From a virus, in the IMG/VR virus record IMGVR_UViG_3300049719_000158, positions 1-64,000 of that record: a DNA stretch of 64,000 bases; one strand, given 5' to 3'. The position numbers and the translations under genes are program-made. This document shows, piece by piece, positions 1 to 10,189 of the stretch. How positions within the stretch are numbered: position 1 is the stretch's first letter; each line of letters begins with the position of its first letter. The notes beneath the pieces were generated by a model. The model was not told the origin of the DNA. It was given only the letters and a program-made list of their open reading frames with translations, and searched no databases.

Positions 1-6
1 TCGTTC

Positions 7-44
7 CATGATCTCAGTATATCACATTCTCAAGAAGTTTACAC
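7..44 (-). promoter_or_regulatory. Conserved phage promoter (GTGTAA-17 nt-TATACT-6 nt-ATG), leaderless type
   Basis: Minus strand reads GTGTAAACTTCTTGAGAATGTGATATACTGAGATCATG; near-identical copies at 331-368, 1409-1446 and 49778-49815. Confidence 0.8.
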
Positions 45-48
45 ATTG

Positions 49-333
49 TTACTCGTCATAGCTCACTTCGTACACCGTGACCAACAGTGAGATTTCAGGG
101 TGCCCTGAGCCAATGCCTCCACGAGTGATCAGCTGATTTTTAAGAGTTCGTTTCTTGACGTTCGCGACGCCAGGCAGTGATTTGAGGCTGCGTGCGAACT
201 CGTCTCGCTCGAGCTTTGCAACTCGATGTGCCTCTTCGCTGTCGAACTCGTACCAACCGTACTCATTGCCTTCAACGAGCGTCCATTTGAAACAGCGATT
301 AACGGGATTGAACCTTTTTACGTTGTGTACCAT
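49..333 (-). CDS. Hypothetical protein
   Basis: 94 aa ORF whose ATG directly follows a promoter repeat. Confidence 0.75.
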   Translation of the reverse strand: MVHNVKRFNPVNRCFKWTLVEGNEYGWYEFDSEEAHRVAKLERDEFARSLKSLPGVANVKKRTLKNQLITRGGIGSGHPEISLLVTVYEVSYDE

Positions 334-368
334 GATCTCAGTATATCACAATCTCAAGAAATTTACAC
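331..368 (-). promoter_or_regulatory. Promoter repeat copy
   Basis: GTGTAAATTTCTTGAGATTGTGATATACTGAGATCATG. Confidence 0.8.
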
Positions 369-1217
369 TATGTCTTTGCAACACCTATATCCCTGGATAT
401 AAAAACTGAAATCGGGTGAATGCGAAGTCGTCATGGCTCTACACATGCTTCTGACACCAAAAGCGTGGCCACCCATCAAGGTGCTCACCCAAGGTTCATG
501 ATGGTATGAACCATTTTCGTTCATCACGAACTCGTCAACATTCCCATTGACATCGTGCACGTCGTAGTCGCTCTTACAATCTTTCATTGAACCCACAGGA
601 ACTCTTTTGTCGAGCTTTGCAAAAGGCGTTGTGAGAGGATCATGCCACACTTTATCAACGTTGCAGATCTTTTTGTCTCTCGTGTACCCATCGCCATAGC
701 CAATGGCGTGATTGTTTGGACCTTCACACGCCTTCTGAAACTCAGGCACGTTGCAAAGACGCTTCCCTTCAATCTCGCAACTGTTTTTTGCATCCGTCCA
801 AGAGATGTAGACTCTCGGTAGGTCTGACACTTCTTCGGTGTGCTCATACGTGTCCATGCAAAAATCAAGGTGCACAGTCTTCTTGCTCAAGCATCTCGAA
901 GTCTTTGCGAACTCCTCACACACCACAGGTGTCTTTCCTGGATTCTTGACGTGTGGATCACGTTTTCTCTCCCGTATGCACGTTTGTACTAGTTCAGGGC
1001 AATAATCACCTACAACGTGCTTCATGTCACTTGAACACACTTCCTTCACGCTCAGCTTCACGTTGTCGACTGTGGGCATTTTGAGGTGTTGTAAGGTGGT
1101 AACCTTTGCTTTCGCTCGAATGTCTTGAGCGACAACTTGTTCAACGAACACCAACGATGCGATGCCCATTGACACTGCGATCGACGTTGTGAGTATTGGT
1201 GCAATTTTTGACATCAA
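363..1217 (-). CDS. Secreted FGE-sulfatase (SUMF1/EgtB/PvdO)-domain protein
   Basis: Signal peptide; motifs MDTYE, ISWTDAKNSC..EGKRLC..EFQKACEG, VHDVNGNVDEFV and terminal GYRCC. Confidence 0.8.
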   Translation of the reverse strand: MMSKIAPILTTSIAVSMGIASLVFVEQVVAQDIRAKAKVTTLQHLKMPTVDNVKLSVKEVCSSDMKHVVGDYCPELVQTCIRERKRDPHVKNPGKTPVVCEEFAKTSRCLSKKTVHLDFCMDTYEHTEEVSDLPRVYISWTDAKNSCEIEGKRLCNVPEFQKACEGPNNHAIGYGDGYTRDKKICNVDKVWHDPLTTPFAKLDKRVPVGSMKDCKSDYDVHDVNGNVDEFVMNENGSYHHEPWVSTLMGGHAFGVRSMCRAMTTSHSPDFSFYIQGYRCCKDIV

Positions 1218-1411
1218 AAAGCCTTATATGTAATTGATTTCCACCCTACATACACTTTTACGTCATAACCGGCTTTACGTGCACGATATATCACATCATT
1301 CGGATCTGATTGATTTGATGTACATATGACGTTATCTTTCTTGTTATCAACATCCCAACAAACAACGCGATATGTTCCTGACCAAAAATTCAAATGTGCA
1401 GTCTTCTTCAT
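1214..1411 (-). CDS. Hypothetical protein (start reassigned to ATG at 1411)
   Basis: Promoter repeat 1409-1446 ends in this ATG (MKKTAHL...). Confidence 0.6.
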   Translation of the reverse strand: MKKTAHLNFWSGTYRVVCWDVDNKKDNVICTSNQSDPNDVIYRARKAGYDVKVYVGWKSITYKAF

Positions 1412-1446
1412 GATCTCAATATAACACATTCTCAAAAGATATACAC
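1409..1446 (-). promoter_or_regulatory. Promoter repeat copy
   Basis: GTGTATATCTTTTGAGAATGTGTTATATTGAGATCATG. Confidence 0.75.
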
Positions 1447-1532
1447 AATGATGTGAGGTTTGAACTCACGACTCACAGGGTTACCGTGCGCTTTGGCCTA
1501 ATATCTCTTTCGAGATCCAAGCTAATCATTGT
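1445..1532 (-). ncRNA. Non-canonical tRNA-like RNA
   Basis: Acceptor stem CAATGAT/ATCATTG; T-arm GTGAG-TTCAAAC-CTCAC; D-stem GCTT/AAGC with an extra ATCTC-GAAA-GAGAT hairpin; anticodon arm with only a 4-5 nt loop. Confidence 0.6.
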
Positions 1533-1543
1533 AAAAGTCTTTT

Positions 1544-1706
1544 TCGTTTGAGCTCTCATCACGAGACATGAAGCTTTTCGCAAACAATGATCAGTTGTCG
1601 CTATGTCTTCGCTCATCGGTCATGACGCGGTGCACACTCTATAGACGGGGCGTCACTAACGACTCACTAAACAATTCTTCATGCCTCTCGATGAGAGCTC
1701 AAACGA
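1544..1706. ncRNA. Candidate structured RNA closed by a 17-bp inverted repeat
   Basis: TCGTTTGAGCTCTCATC (1544-1560) pairs with GATGAGAGCTCAAACGA (1690-1706); continued by GAGA/TCTC and CATGAAG/CTTCATG; intergenic. Confidence 0.5.
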
Positions 1707-1712
1707 TTTCAA

Positions 1713-2018
1713 CTAACACTTGTTACAGGCGTGATTTCCACTAGGCGGTGTTGAGTAACACCCGTTGCCACAGTTCCAGGGAGTTGATCCACTACACCCG
1801 TTATTACAAGTGTGTGTAGTCGTGGTCGTGCCGGTGTCATGAGTGCAGCAAACCGCTCCGTCGTACACGTCGCTGCAAGCAGTGTAGCCTGGATACCCAG
1901 TTGACGACTCGACAACGCACGTGTTGCCGTCGTCACATGATTTGTCAGAACATGCATTTGTCTCCGGTAGGCAGCCAAAAGCAAGTAGAGTTAATAACAG
2001 CGCCAGCGTATTTTTCAT
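1713..2018 (-). CDS. Cys-rich lipoprotein
   Basis: MKNT + hydrophobic stretch + lipobox LAFGC; many Cys, including CDDGNTC. Confidence 0.65.
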   Translation of the reverse strand: MKNTLALLLTLLAFGCLPETNACSDKSCDDGNTCVVESSTGYPGYTACSDVYDGAVCCTHDTGTTTTTHTCNNGCSGSTPWNCGNGCYSTPPSGNHACNKC

Positions 2019-2137
2019 GGTTTTAATATATCAACTTTCTTATGACGTTACACTTCGTAATGCTATGTTTGAGCATCTCAATTTCTTCGAGAAGCTCCTT
2101 GCGACACTTCTTCACTTTTGGCACGTTGTACGACATA

Positions 2138-2794
2138 TCACACCTTTGACATCATAATGTCTTCCTTTGAACACCCACAGTCTGACGTGTACGGGTGCAT
2201 CAATTCATGCTCTCTTGCGAGCTTCTTGGCTCGTAACCTCTCCTTCATTCCTGGAACGAGCTTTGACTTCGCTATCCAATAGAGCGTTGAGAGCATTGAT
2301 GCATAGTTTGTTTCTGGTCCCCCGTAGTAGTTACACTGCTTCAATGTGTGTGCACTCTCAACTGCACTTTCATGTCCAAAAGCTCGATAAGCAGATTGAC
2401 ACTTGTCTATGACGTGCCAATATGCCTGTCCTGCTTCTTCAAACGTATTAAATGCTCTATAAATCGCTTCCTTTGAGTGCACGTACCACTGCTGTGACTT
2501 GTCATACACGGGTCCGAGATTCCCAAGATTGTGTTGCCAAACGATTGAACCTTCAGCGTTCTCTAACGAAACTTGAGCCCACGCCATAGATAAACGCGCG
2601 TCTGATGGCTCTCTATTATAGTTGACAACGTATGCGTCATAAAGCACGTCGATCAGGTCATCTCGAGATATTGGCGTTAGTACCTTTGGCACTTCACACG
2701 TCAGACACTGGTGTTTTGGAGCCCACCTCGCATTGACGCTTGACGTGGTGAGTATGATGCACGTCAGTGTTAACAGCTTTGCTACGTTTTTCAT
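2138..2794 (-). CDS. Secreted lysozyme-fold (GH73 glucosaminidase-like) protein
   Basis: Signal peptide; AQVSLE...NLGNL...YRAFNTFEE...YY...Y motif order resembles GH73. Confidence 0.5.
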   Translation of the reverse strand: MKNVAKLLTLTCIILTTSSVNARWAPKHQCLTCEVPKVLTPISRDDLIDVLYDAYVVNYNREPSDARLSMAWAQVSLENAEGSIVWQHNLGNLGPVYDKSQQWYVHSKEAIYRAFNTFEEAGQAYWHVIDKCQSAYRAFGHESAVESAHTLKQCNYYGGPETNYASMLSTLYWIAKSKLVPGMKERLRAKKLAREHELMHPYTSDCGCSKEDIMMSKV

Positions 2795-2856
2795 AATGAC
2801 AATGATAATTCATTTTGTTTGAAGTGTACACTTTTTATTTGCCTCCACGCGTAGTT

Positions 2857-2894
2857 GTGTATATTAACAGAGAATGTGATATATTGAATTCATG
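2857..2894 (+). promoter_or_regulatory. Promoter repeat copy (divergent partner at 2792-2831, minus strand)
   Basis: GTGTAT-17 nt-TATATT-GAATTC-ATG. Confidence 0.75.
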
Positions 2895-3092
2895 AACATA
2901 TCTGAGGCTCAGTATAAGAAATTCCTTAGCGTGTGTGTGGACTTCGCAAAAGGCGAATACGTTTTGTCACACGACGATGACGTTTCGAAAGCTCGAGCAA
3001 ACAATCCAATATTCAAGGACGGGTATCAACGTGGCAAAGCAGATTTTGCTGGATGGGTGCTTGAGTTTTTGAATGGTGACATAACCGAATAA
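2892..3092 (+). CDS. Hypothetical protein
   Basis: 66 aa ORF starting at the promoter-linked ATG. Confidence 0.65.
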   Translation: MNISEAQYKKFLSVCVDFAKGEYVLSHDDDVSKARANNPIFKDGYQRGKADFAGWVLEFLNGDITE

Positions 3093-3105
3093 CAGGAGAT
3101 TTAAC

Positions 3106-3735
3106 ATGAACACATCAGTCATCGACAATCAGATCCAAGCAGTAATCGATAACAAGCAGAAGCGCAAGGACGCAGGTCTCACAGACGAGGAACGTACGGC
3201 TCGACGTGCCGCAAAGCTGCTCAAGGACGAGTCAGAGCGTCGACGCAAAGCAGAGAAGCATGCAAACACAGCAGCAAAGCGCGCCGCAAAGAGGCCTCCA
3301 CACGTCATATCACTCGACAAGGCTGAAGCAAAGCTGCCTGCCCTTACAGATCGTGCAATGTACATCTACGACGAGGTAATAGGCGCTCTTGACATCGACG
3401 ACATCAATGCGCTCGCGCAGCATTTGGCACACACCGTTCGCAAGGCTGCAGTAAAGGCTAGCCTCGAGGGTGCGAACGTTGAGGTGGGTGATACAGTCAG
3501 AATCACAGTGGGTCCAGCAAAGCTCATCGGTAAAGTGGGCGTAGTCAAGTCAGTCAAGCGAATTCACTGCTACGTCGAGGTTGAGGGCGAGAAGCACGAA
3601 CATTACGCATACGTGTCAGACGTCGCAAGGGTGGCTAAGAACGTCAAGCTATCGCAAACGGCGGGTTACTTTTCAACGATTTTAGGAGACGACGATCTTG
3701 GATCTGTCGCGCCCGGCGATACATTTGGAATGTGA
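3106..3735 (+). CDS. KOW-motif protein with basic helical N-terminus
   Basis: AGGAG RBS; VEVGDTVRITVGPAKLIGKVGVV KOW motif. Confidence 0.65.
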   Translation: MNTSVIDNQIQAVIDNKQKRKDAGLTDEERTARRAAKLLKDESERRRKAEKHANTAAKRAAKRPPHVISLDKAEAKLPALTDRAMYIYDEVIGALDIDDINALAQHLAHTVRKAAVKASLEGANVEVGDTVRITVGPAKLIGKVGVVKSVKRIHCYVEVEGEKHEHYAYVSDVARVAKNVKLSQTAGYFSTILGDDDLGSVAPGDTFGM

Positions 3736-4133
3736 TAGAAATTATGGAACTCAAAGAATACATCAGTCACATGCATTGTCTCATTACGGATTTTGAAAAT
3801 TACTGGAAAGAACATGAAAGCGATGAAAACTTTCCACAAAATTTGCCGATTGAATCATGGGACGAACAGCTTGATTTCTTTGCAGAACATCCAAACGAAT
3901 AATTTTCACAATAAAATGTAAATTTATGTTCATGCACAAGGACTCATTTTCGAGTACAAAGACATGATTCCTCTTAAAACTGATGAAAATGGGAATAGTG
4001 AAATACCCGGGCCTGAAGGAATACGTTTCAATTAATTGTTTTTAAAAGTGTAAACATCATCAGGATGTATTAATATCATCAAGTAATCAGAAATCGGCAA
4101 TTATGCCGAACTCAAATACAGGAGATAAAAATC

Positions 4134-4334
4134 ATGGATCAGGTAACTAAGGATAAGCTAACCATACGTCAGTCAAAGCTCACTGCCGTCAAGGCAGCTC
4201 TCACCGCAAAGGTGCTCAAGCTCACTGCCAACGTCGAGAAGGCTGAAGCAAAGCGCGAGGCAGTCGAGGACAAGCTCTCTGCGGTGCAGTCAAAGCTCAA
4301 CAAGGTCGACGCAAAGCTCGCCGACGCTGAGTAA
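4134..4334 (+). CDS. Small Lys/Ala-rich coiled-coil protein
   Basis: AGGAG RBS; repeated (S/A)KLT/KLS/KLN heptads. Confidence 0.7.
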   Translation: MDQVTKDKLTIRQSKLTAVKAALTAKVLKLTANVEKAEAKREAVEDKLSAVQSKLNKVDAKLADAE

Positions 4335-4381
4335 CGCAAACTTATCGCCCAGAGCTATGTGCAATGTGCAATGGGCAGCAC

Positions 4382-4464
4382 GGTGCAGTGCTCGAGTGGT
4401 CTATGAGACCAGACTGTAAATCTGGCGACGCTGTCAAACGTAGGTTCGAATCCTACCTGCACCA
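4382..4464 (+). tRNA. trnY: tRNA-Tyr(GTA)
   Basis: GGTGCAG/CTGCACC acceptor stem, CCAGA-CTGTAAA-TCTGG anticodon arm, long variable arm, GTTCGAATC T-loop. Confidence 0.93.
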
Positions 4465-4474
4465 CTCGTCTTAT

Positions 4475-4547
4475 TTCGGATTAGTTCAGTTGGTAGAACG
4501 CTTGACTGTTAATCAAGAAGTCCTAGGTTCGAGTCCTAGATCCGGAG
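4475..4547 (+). tRNA. trnN: tRNA-Asn(GTT)
   Basis: TTCGGAT/ATCCGGA stem, CTTGA-CTGTTAA-TCAAG anticodon arm, GTTCGAGTC. Confidence 0.93.
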
Positions 4548-4554
4548 CAACAAC

Positions 4555-4628
4555 GGGCCCATAGCTCAATCGGTCAGAGCCCTGGCCTCATAAACCAGAT
4601 GTTCTCGGTTCGAGTCCGAGTGAGCCCA
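4555..4628 (+). tRNA. tRNA with CAT anticodon (elongator Met or Ile2)
   Basis: GGGCCCA/TGAGCCC stem, CTCATAA loop; lacks initiator features; two C-A mismatches. Confidence 0.85.
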
Positions 4629-5280
4629 CAACGGGAGACAAAGTGGAAACGACAATAAAATCGCTGAGATGCATGATAACAGAAGTGTTAATGCTTGAAA
4701 AGGCTGCGTCTCGAGAAATGTGGCAAGATCACCTAGTTAACTTCTTGACAGGAGCACTAGGTGAATGCGATGCGTGTCTTTAGTGGCAAGACAAAGAAAA
4801 ATTTTAACAAAGAAAAGCATACAAAGAAGTGCGCGAAGAACTCAATGAAGTCGATGCAAAGATACAAAGAAATTCAGAGCGTACTGATCAAGACACGTTA
4901 GATTTTTGGAAAATGACAGACGATTTTTTGTTATAAACGTCCGGAGACCAATCAAAATGACGCCAGCAATCGTGTTTTTCCGCCTCTTCTGCTCCCTCAC
5001 GCCCGCAGCAACGCCTGCTTACTTCGCAACGTTTGACAGTGGCAACGGTGACAAGGACACCTGTGAAATGGCAGCGACGATGTTTGCAGTCTACTACAAG
5101 CAATTGGAGCACCACGCTGAGGCAAAGTGTTGGTGCAACGAGATGAAGCCGGCGCATGCGTAAATTTCAGTCTCCCGTGCATGCACGCCATGGCGTAAGG
5201 GCGTGACTTTTGTGGACGACTAACGATGTCTTGTATCGCGTGCTTCGGGCGCATGCACGACGGGAGATATTTTTCATAAA

Positions 5281-5317
5281 GTGTATATTTTTTGAGAATG
5301 TGTTACTCTAAATCATG
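5281..5317 (+). promoter_or_regulatory. Promoter repeat copy
   Basis: GTGTAT-ATTTTTTGAGAATGTGT-TACTCT-AAATC-ATG. Confidence 0.7.
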
Positions 5318-7182
5318 GAAAATATCAGCGACAAGCTACGAAGAAACGAATACAACGGCACGTTGCCTTATACGAACCCAAAGTCTGATCAGGTCGAACA
5401 CAAGGCATACCACGCCGAGCAACACGCTCTTTACAATGAATTCGTGTGCGACCTGTACGCTACTCTGAAGCTTACAACTACACATCTAACCTCGTCGACC
5501 TGATCAAGTAATACGCGTCAATTAGACACAAACGAAAAACAAACACTTACACTCACTGATGGGAGATAAAAATGAAACGATTGTTGACGTTGGATCTGAA
5601 TCAAAGTCTTGCGACGTGCGGATTTTGGGGCGCTTTCGCACTATCATATCACTTCAATCACAGTTGGAGCTACGCAATACTACACGGTTTCCTGAATTGG
5701 ATCTACATTGTCGTGAAGTGTTGCATGATGTATCTGTGACGAGCCACTCGCACATTAACCTGCATGCTCGTGCACGCGAACGGGAGAGCGCATTCATGAT
5801 AAAGAAACAGGTCGTCGTTGAGCGTGAAGCTGAAGACATCACGTACGAAGCGTTCCTGCTGCAACAACAAGGTTATGAACACTACGCAACGCTGGGCAAC
5901 AAGGTGTACATGAAGCGCGGCAAGAAGACGGTGGTGCTCATTGACACACCACAAAAGTGACGGTTGCAAACACAGGGCGTTTGAGCTTCCTCTCAAGAAG
6001 ATTTCAAGATTTCTCAAGGTAGTCACGTGCAACCTGACGACAGGAGCACCAAACTTGCAGCGTCAAAGCCGTAGCAAGCTGATATTTCGAAAGGTCTTAA
6101 TCACTTTTGTTCTCGAAAATCAGATCACGAAGTGTAAAAAACGGGAGCACGTGGTAGAATTGCTCCAGTGGAAACTCAAGATCACCCAATCGTAGAGCTT
6201 GATGAGCTCATGGCAAAATACTTCAAAGAGCGTCCAGACGAGTACAAGCCCAGGCAATCTGCCTTAGCAGGCAGCTACGGTGCTGACAACGAGGGAATAG
6301 GAACAGTCGTCTGCCGAGCGACGCAACAATGTTCATGAAAAAGTGACGCAAGAGACAACTATTTGTCGCAATGCCGGGCAAAAGCACGCGTGGGTGCTAT
6401 TTATTACGATGGTGACAGCTGTCGTGAGGAGACACGTGTGTACTCTCGCAGACCCCCTCGAAGCCGCCAATCACTCCTGATCTCCCATTACTAATCTTGC
6501 GAATATTTTCGTTGAGTTCCCCCTCTGAGCGCTCGCGAGAGATTACCATTTTTGTCAAAATAACATTTGTTTTAAAAGACTAAAATCACACCAATTGCTA
6601 ATTTTTCACCCTTCGGCACCTTGACGTTGAACTTAATGAACACTGCGCGTTGATTTGGTTGTAATCCGTTTGAAGTAGAGGAGATTGTTCATGAGCGACT
6701 GTGCAAAGACGAAGATGCTTGAACACGTTAGAGCGCGTGGCAACGTTGAGAGAAGCGAGTTGAGCGACGAATTCGTCGACGTGAATGACGTGCTCGACGA
6801 GCTGATTGCTTCCAGAGAGCCCGTTTGCAGGGAATGCAACGTGCCTGAGATTGCTGATGATTGCTGCGTTGACATAATCTCTATTGATAATTGAGAAGAT
6901 TTTTGATTTGGTCTCCCGTTGAGTGAAAGGAATGAAATGACTGACAAAGAATTTTTGATGTGATTGCACGAGAGGCTCGAACGCGTGTACGGTGAAGATC
7001 GCTTTGTCGACTATATGCGCAAGTTGAAGGCGATAATCATGGCACGCCCCTGAACAGGCGTTCTTGCTTCAATTCTCTTGAAGAGGTGAGACAGCGCGAG
7101 AGTGCGACTAAAAATCAAGTGAATGAAATTTGTAGAACGTTTAACTTGATGTGATGTGTTGTATTATGAAAGTACGAAATAA

Positions 7183-7793
7183 ATGATTGAAACTCGATTT
7201 CAACGTGTGAATGCATCTGAGTTTTGCGAAAGGTACAGTTCTGATCCCGTTGAACTGAATTCAATCGCTAAACTTCTTGGCGTCTGTGATTCAGGTCCGT
7301 GGTTGGTCGGTGGGTGCGTCAGGCGTCAAATGACGAGCGCAAAACAAAATTCAGACTTTGACGTTGGGTTTGTGGACTTAGCTCAACTTGAACTTACGTC
7401 CGAATTATTGACTAATGCTAAGTTTTCACTAACGAAGGAGACCATGTTTTATCGACAGTTCGACGGTGAGCTCGATGGAAAGAAAATCAAAATTCAGCTC
7501 CTGAAAGTCAAACTCTCGGTACGATTGAAGAGATACTGAACGAGTTTGATTTCACGCTTTGTCAGACTGCATACGACGGCGTAGATTTTATCTTAGACCC
7601 GTACACGTTGTGGGACATTGGTCGAAAACACGTGTCGGTCAACAAGATTTCATTTGCTGCGTCGAGCGTCAGGAGACTTATAAAATATTCAAAGCAAGGT
7701 TACTTTGCGTGTCAAGGGTGCATCGTTGAGATACTTGAAACAGTCGCAAAGGATCGTTCAGTGATCAATGCGAAAGTCGATTACGTAGATTGA
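7183..7793 (+). pseudogene. PolyA-polymerase/CCA-type nucleotidyltransferase split by a frameshift near 7510-7525
   Basis: WLVGGCVR..DFDV motif in 7183-7539; the alternate frame continues IEEILNEFDFTLCQTAYDG into ORF 7608-7793. Confidence 0.7.
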
Positions 7794-8599
7794 GAGATAA
7801 CATGAAACAAGAACTTGAAAGTCATGACGAATATTTGCTCCGGTTGAAGATGCATGGACCGAGCGACTTTGACGATGCCCGCCAGATCAAGGAGACGTTC
7901 GTTGACTTAGCACAAAGCGCGATGGCATCAAGCAACGTTCATGAGACGCGCTTTGTGCTTAATGAGCTACACGAAGTCGATCAGGACTGCCAATGTGCAA
8001 CCTCTATTTCAAAGAAGAGTGTTATCGACGTGAACGTGAACCGCTAAAACTCGATCCTGAATATTTCCGCGAATTATTCTCACGCGTGCCAATGAAATGA
8101 GGACAAAATGAAGTGGAAAGCTAAAATTAAGCCAAATGTTGGCGACAAAACGACCAAACTTAAGTTTGCATGGTTGCCTATTCTTTCAAGAGAAAATGAG
8201 TTGGATATGGCTCGAAACGTATCTTGCAACATATGAATGTCGACAATGAAAAATCATATACACCACAACGTGTGGATGGTCGCCAAGTCAAATTTCGACG
8301 TACGTGTACACGTGGCATCGTATTGAAGTAAAAGGTCTATATGCGGCATGAAAAGTTGATGATGGAACAGTTCGTTGAGTTCTGCAACGACGAAGCGAGG
8401 TTTCGCCATAACGAACGCATAAGCAATTGGTGTAGAAAGCGTGCAGTCATGTTGTTGGCATACGCGTTTGGTGTCAGAACGATTTGGCACAAACGTAATG
8501 AGAATGGCATCGTTGACTTGGACGTGTGGTCACGTAAAGTGCGAGGGTTGCCGGTCAACTAATATGTACGACTATTATTAGAATGATTATAGTCTCCAC

Positions 8600-10189
8600 A
8601 TGTCAGATGATGTGAAAGAGACTTTTACCCGTGTTGTTTTTGCAGACGAAGCTCGCAAGGAGCTGTTCAAGGGAATTGAGACGACCTACAACGTCGTAGC
8701 ATCAACTCTTGGCCCACGTGGTCACTGCGTGTTGATACAGGCAGGAGACAATAAGATACCCATCTCTACAAAAGACGGAATTACGGTGAGCAAGTCGATA
8801 AACATTCGCGATCCATTGCAGCGCATGGGCAGTAAATTAATCACGGAATCGTCCAGTAATACGAACGACGTTGCAGGCGATGGCACGACGACTGCTAGCG
8901 TGTTGTCGTATGCCATGATAAAACAGTGCTTAAAGTTAGTCAACTCCGGGTATGATCCCATTGAGCTTTCTCATGGCATTGAGCTTGCCGTCAAAGACGT
9001 CTCAAAAGAGCTCGACAAGAACGCGAAGAAGCTCACGACACGGGACGAAATTGCGCAAATAGCGACGATATCTGCAAACGGTGACAAGGCATTGGGCAAC
9101 CTCGTCGCGAGCGCTATCGACAAGGTGGGCATTCAAGGCATTGTAACAGTTGAGGATGCAAAGGGAACAGAAACGAGCCTCTGCGTCGTCGACGGGTTGT
9201 CTTTTGAGAGAGGTTTCTTGAGCCCTTACTTTGTCACAAACCAGGAGAAGATGAACGTCTGCTACGACAACGCGTACGTCTTGATAACAGATAAGAAACT
9301 TTCTTCGGCTCAGGAATTAATTCCTCTCCTGGAAACCGTTGTGCGGTCTCAACGACCCCTTCTCGTGATTGCAGATGACATCGAGGGGGAAGCGCTCCAT
9401 TTGTTGGTAGTAAACCGTCTTAAATCTGGGTTGAAGGTCGTGGGTGTCAAGGCACCTGGATATGCCCAACACAAGGTCGACATCTTAGGCGACCTATGCA
9501 CGTTGACGAACGCAAAGTTGGTGTCGGCGTCGACAGGACTTGCGTTAAAGGACGTGAAGCTGAGTGATCTGGGAACGGGAACTAAAATCACAGTCGACGC
9601 AAAGTCGACCACGATTGTAGCCAACAACAAAGAAGTAGTGAAGCAACGCGTCGATGAGCTTCAGTCGCAGCTTCAGGACGTGACGTTGACGGGTGAAGAC
9701 CAGATAAAGCTACGTTATCGCATAGCTCGATTGTCGAACGGCGTCGCAATGATCAGGTGTGGAGGAGTTACTGAAGTCGACATGATCGAAAGAAAGTACA
9801 GGCTCGAGGACAGTTTAAATGCAACGAGAGCTGCGGTTGAGATGGGAATAGTTTCCGGCGGTGGGATTGCTCTCTGGAGAGCGAGCGAGAACGTTGCGAT
9901 GGTTACAGTTTCGGCTGACTTTGATGCGGGCTACGACATCGTCAGGCACGCTTGTAAGGCGCCCTTGCGACGCATTGTTGAAAATGCAAACAAGTCTCCG
10001 GACGTCGTTGAACTCAAGGTGAGAGAGGGATTTGACTACGATGCGAGCAAAGACGAGTATTGTAACTTGGTGGAACGAGGAATAATTGATCCTCTAAAAG
10101 TTGAGTTAACTGCATTGAAGAATGCGGCAAGCGTTGCTATAACTTTTCTTCAACTCGATGCTTGTGTGGTGACAGATGAAATTGTTTAA
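8600..10189 (+). CDS. groEL: Chaperonin GroEL (phage-encoded)
   Basis: TLGPRG, TKDGITV, AGDGTTT, ISANGD, RGFLSPYF, KAPG, GIIDP motifs; no GGM tail. Confidence 0.97.
   Translation: MSDDVKETFTRVVFADEARKELFKGIETTYNVVASTLGPRGHCVLIQAGDNKIPISTKDGITVSKSINIRDPLQRMGSKLITESSSNTNDVAGDGTTTASVLSYAMIKQCLKLVNSGYDPIELSHGIELAVKDVSKELDKNAKKLTTRDEIAQIATISANGDKALGNLVASAIDKVGIQGIVTVEDAKGTETSLCVVDGLSFERGFLSPYFVTNQEKMNVCYDNAYVLITDKKLSSAQELIPLLETVVRSQRPLLVIADDIEGEALHLLVVNRLKSGLKVVGVKAPGYAQHKVDILGDLCTLTNAKLVSASTGLALKDVKLSDLGTGTKITVDAKSTTIVANNKEVVKQRVDELQSQLQDVTLTGEDQIKLRYRIARLSNGVAMIRCGGVTEVDMIERKYRLEDSLNATRAAVEMGIVSGGGIALWRASENVAMVTVSADFDAGYDIVRHACKAPLRRIVENANKSPDVVELKVREGFDYDASKDEYCNLVERGIIDPLKVELTALKNAASVAITFLQLDACVVTDEIV

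Noticed and set aside
7-1446. CRISPR-like or att-like direct repeats of about 38 nt
   Set aside because: Spacing is irregular and gene-sized, and each copy ends in a start codon; they are better explained as promoters.
4364-4564. 66-aa ORF
   Set aside because: Shadow ORF lying over tRNA-Tyr and tRNA-Asn.
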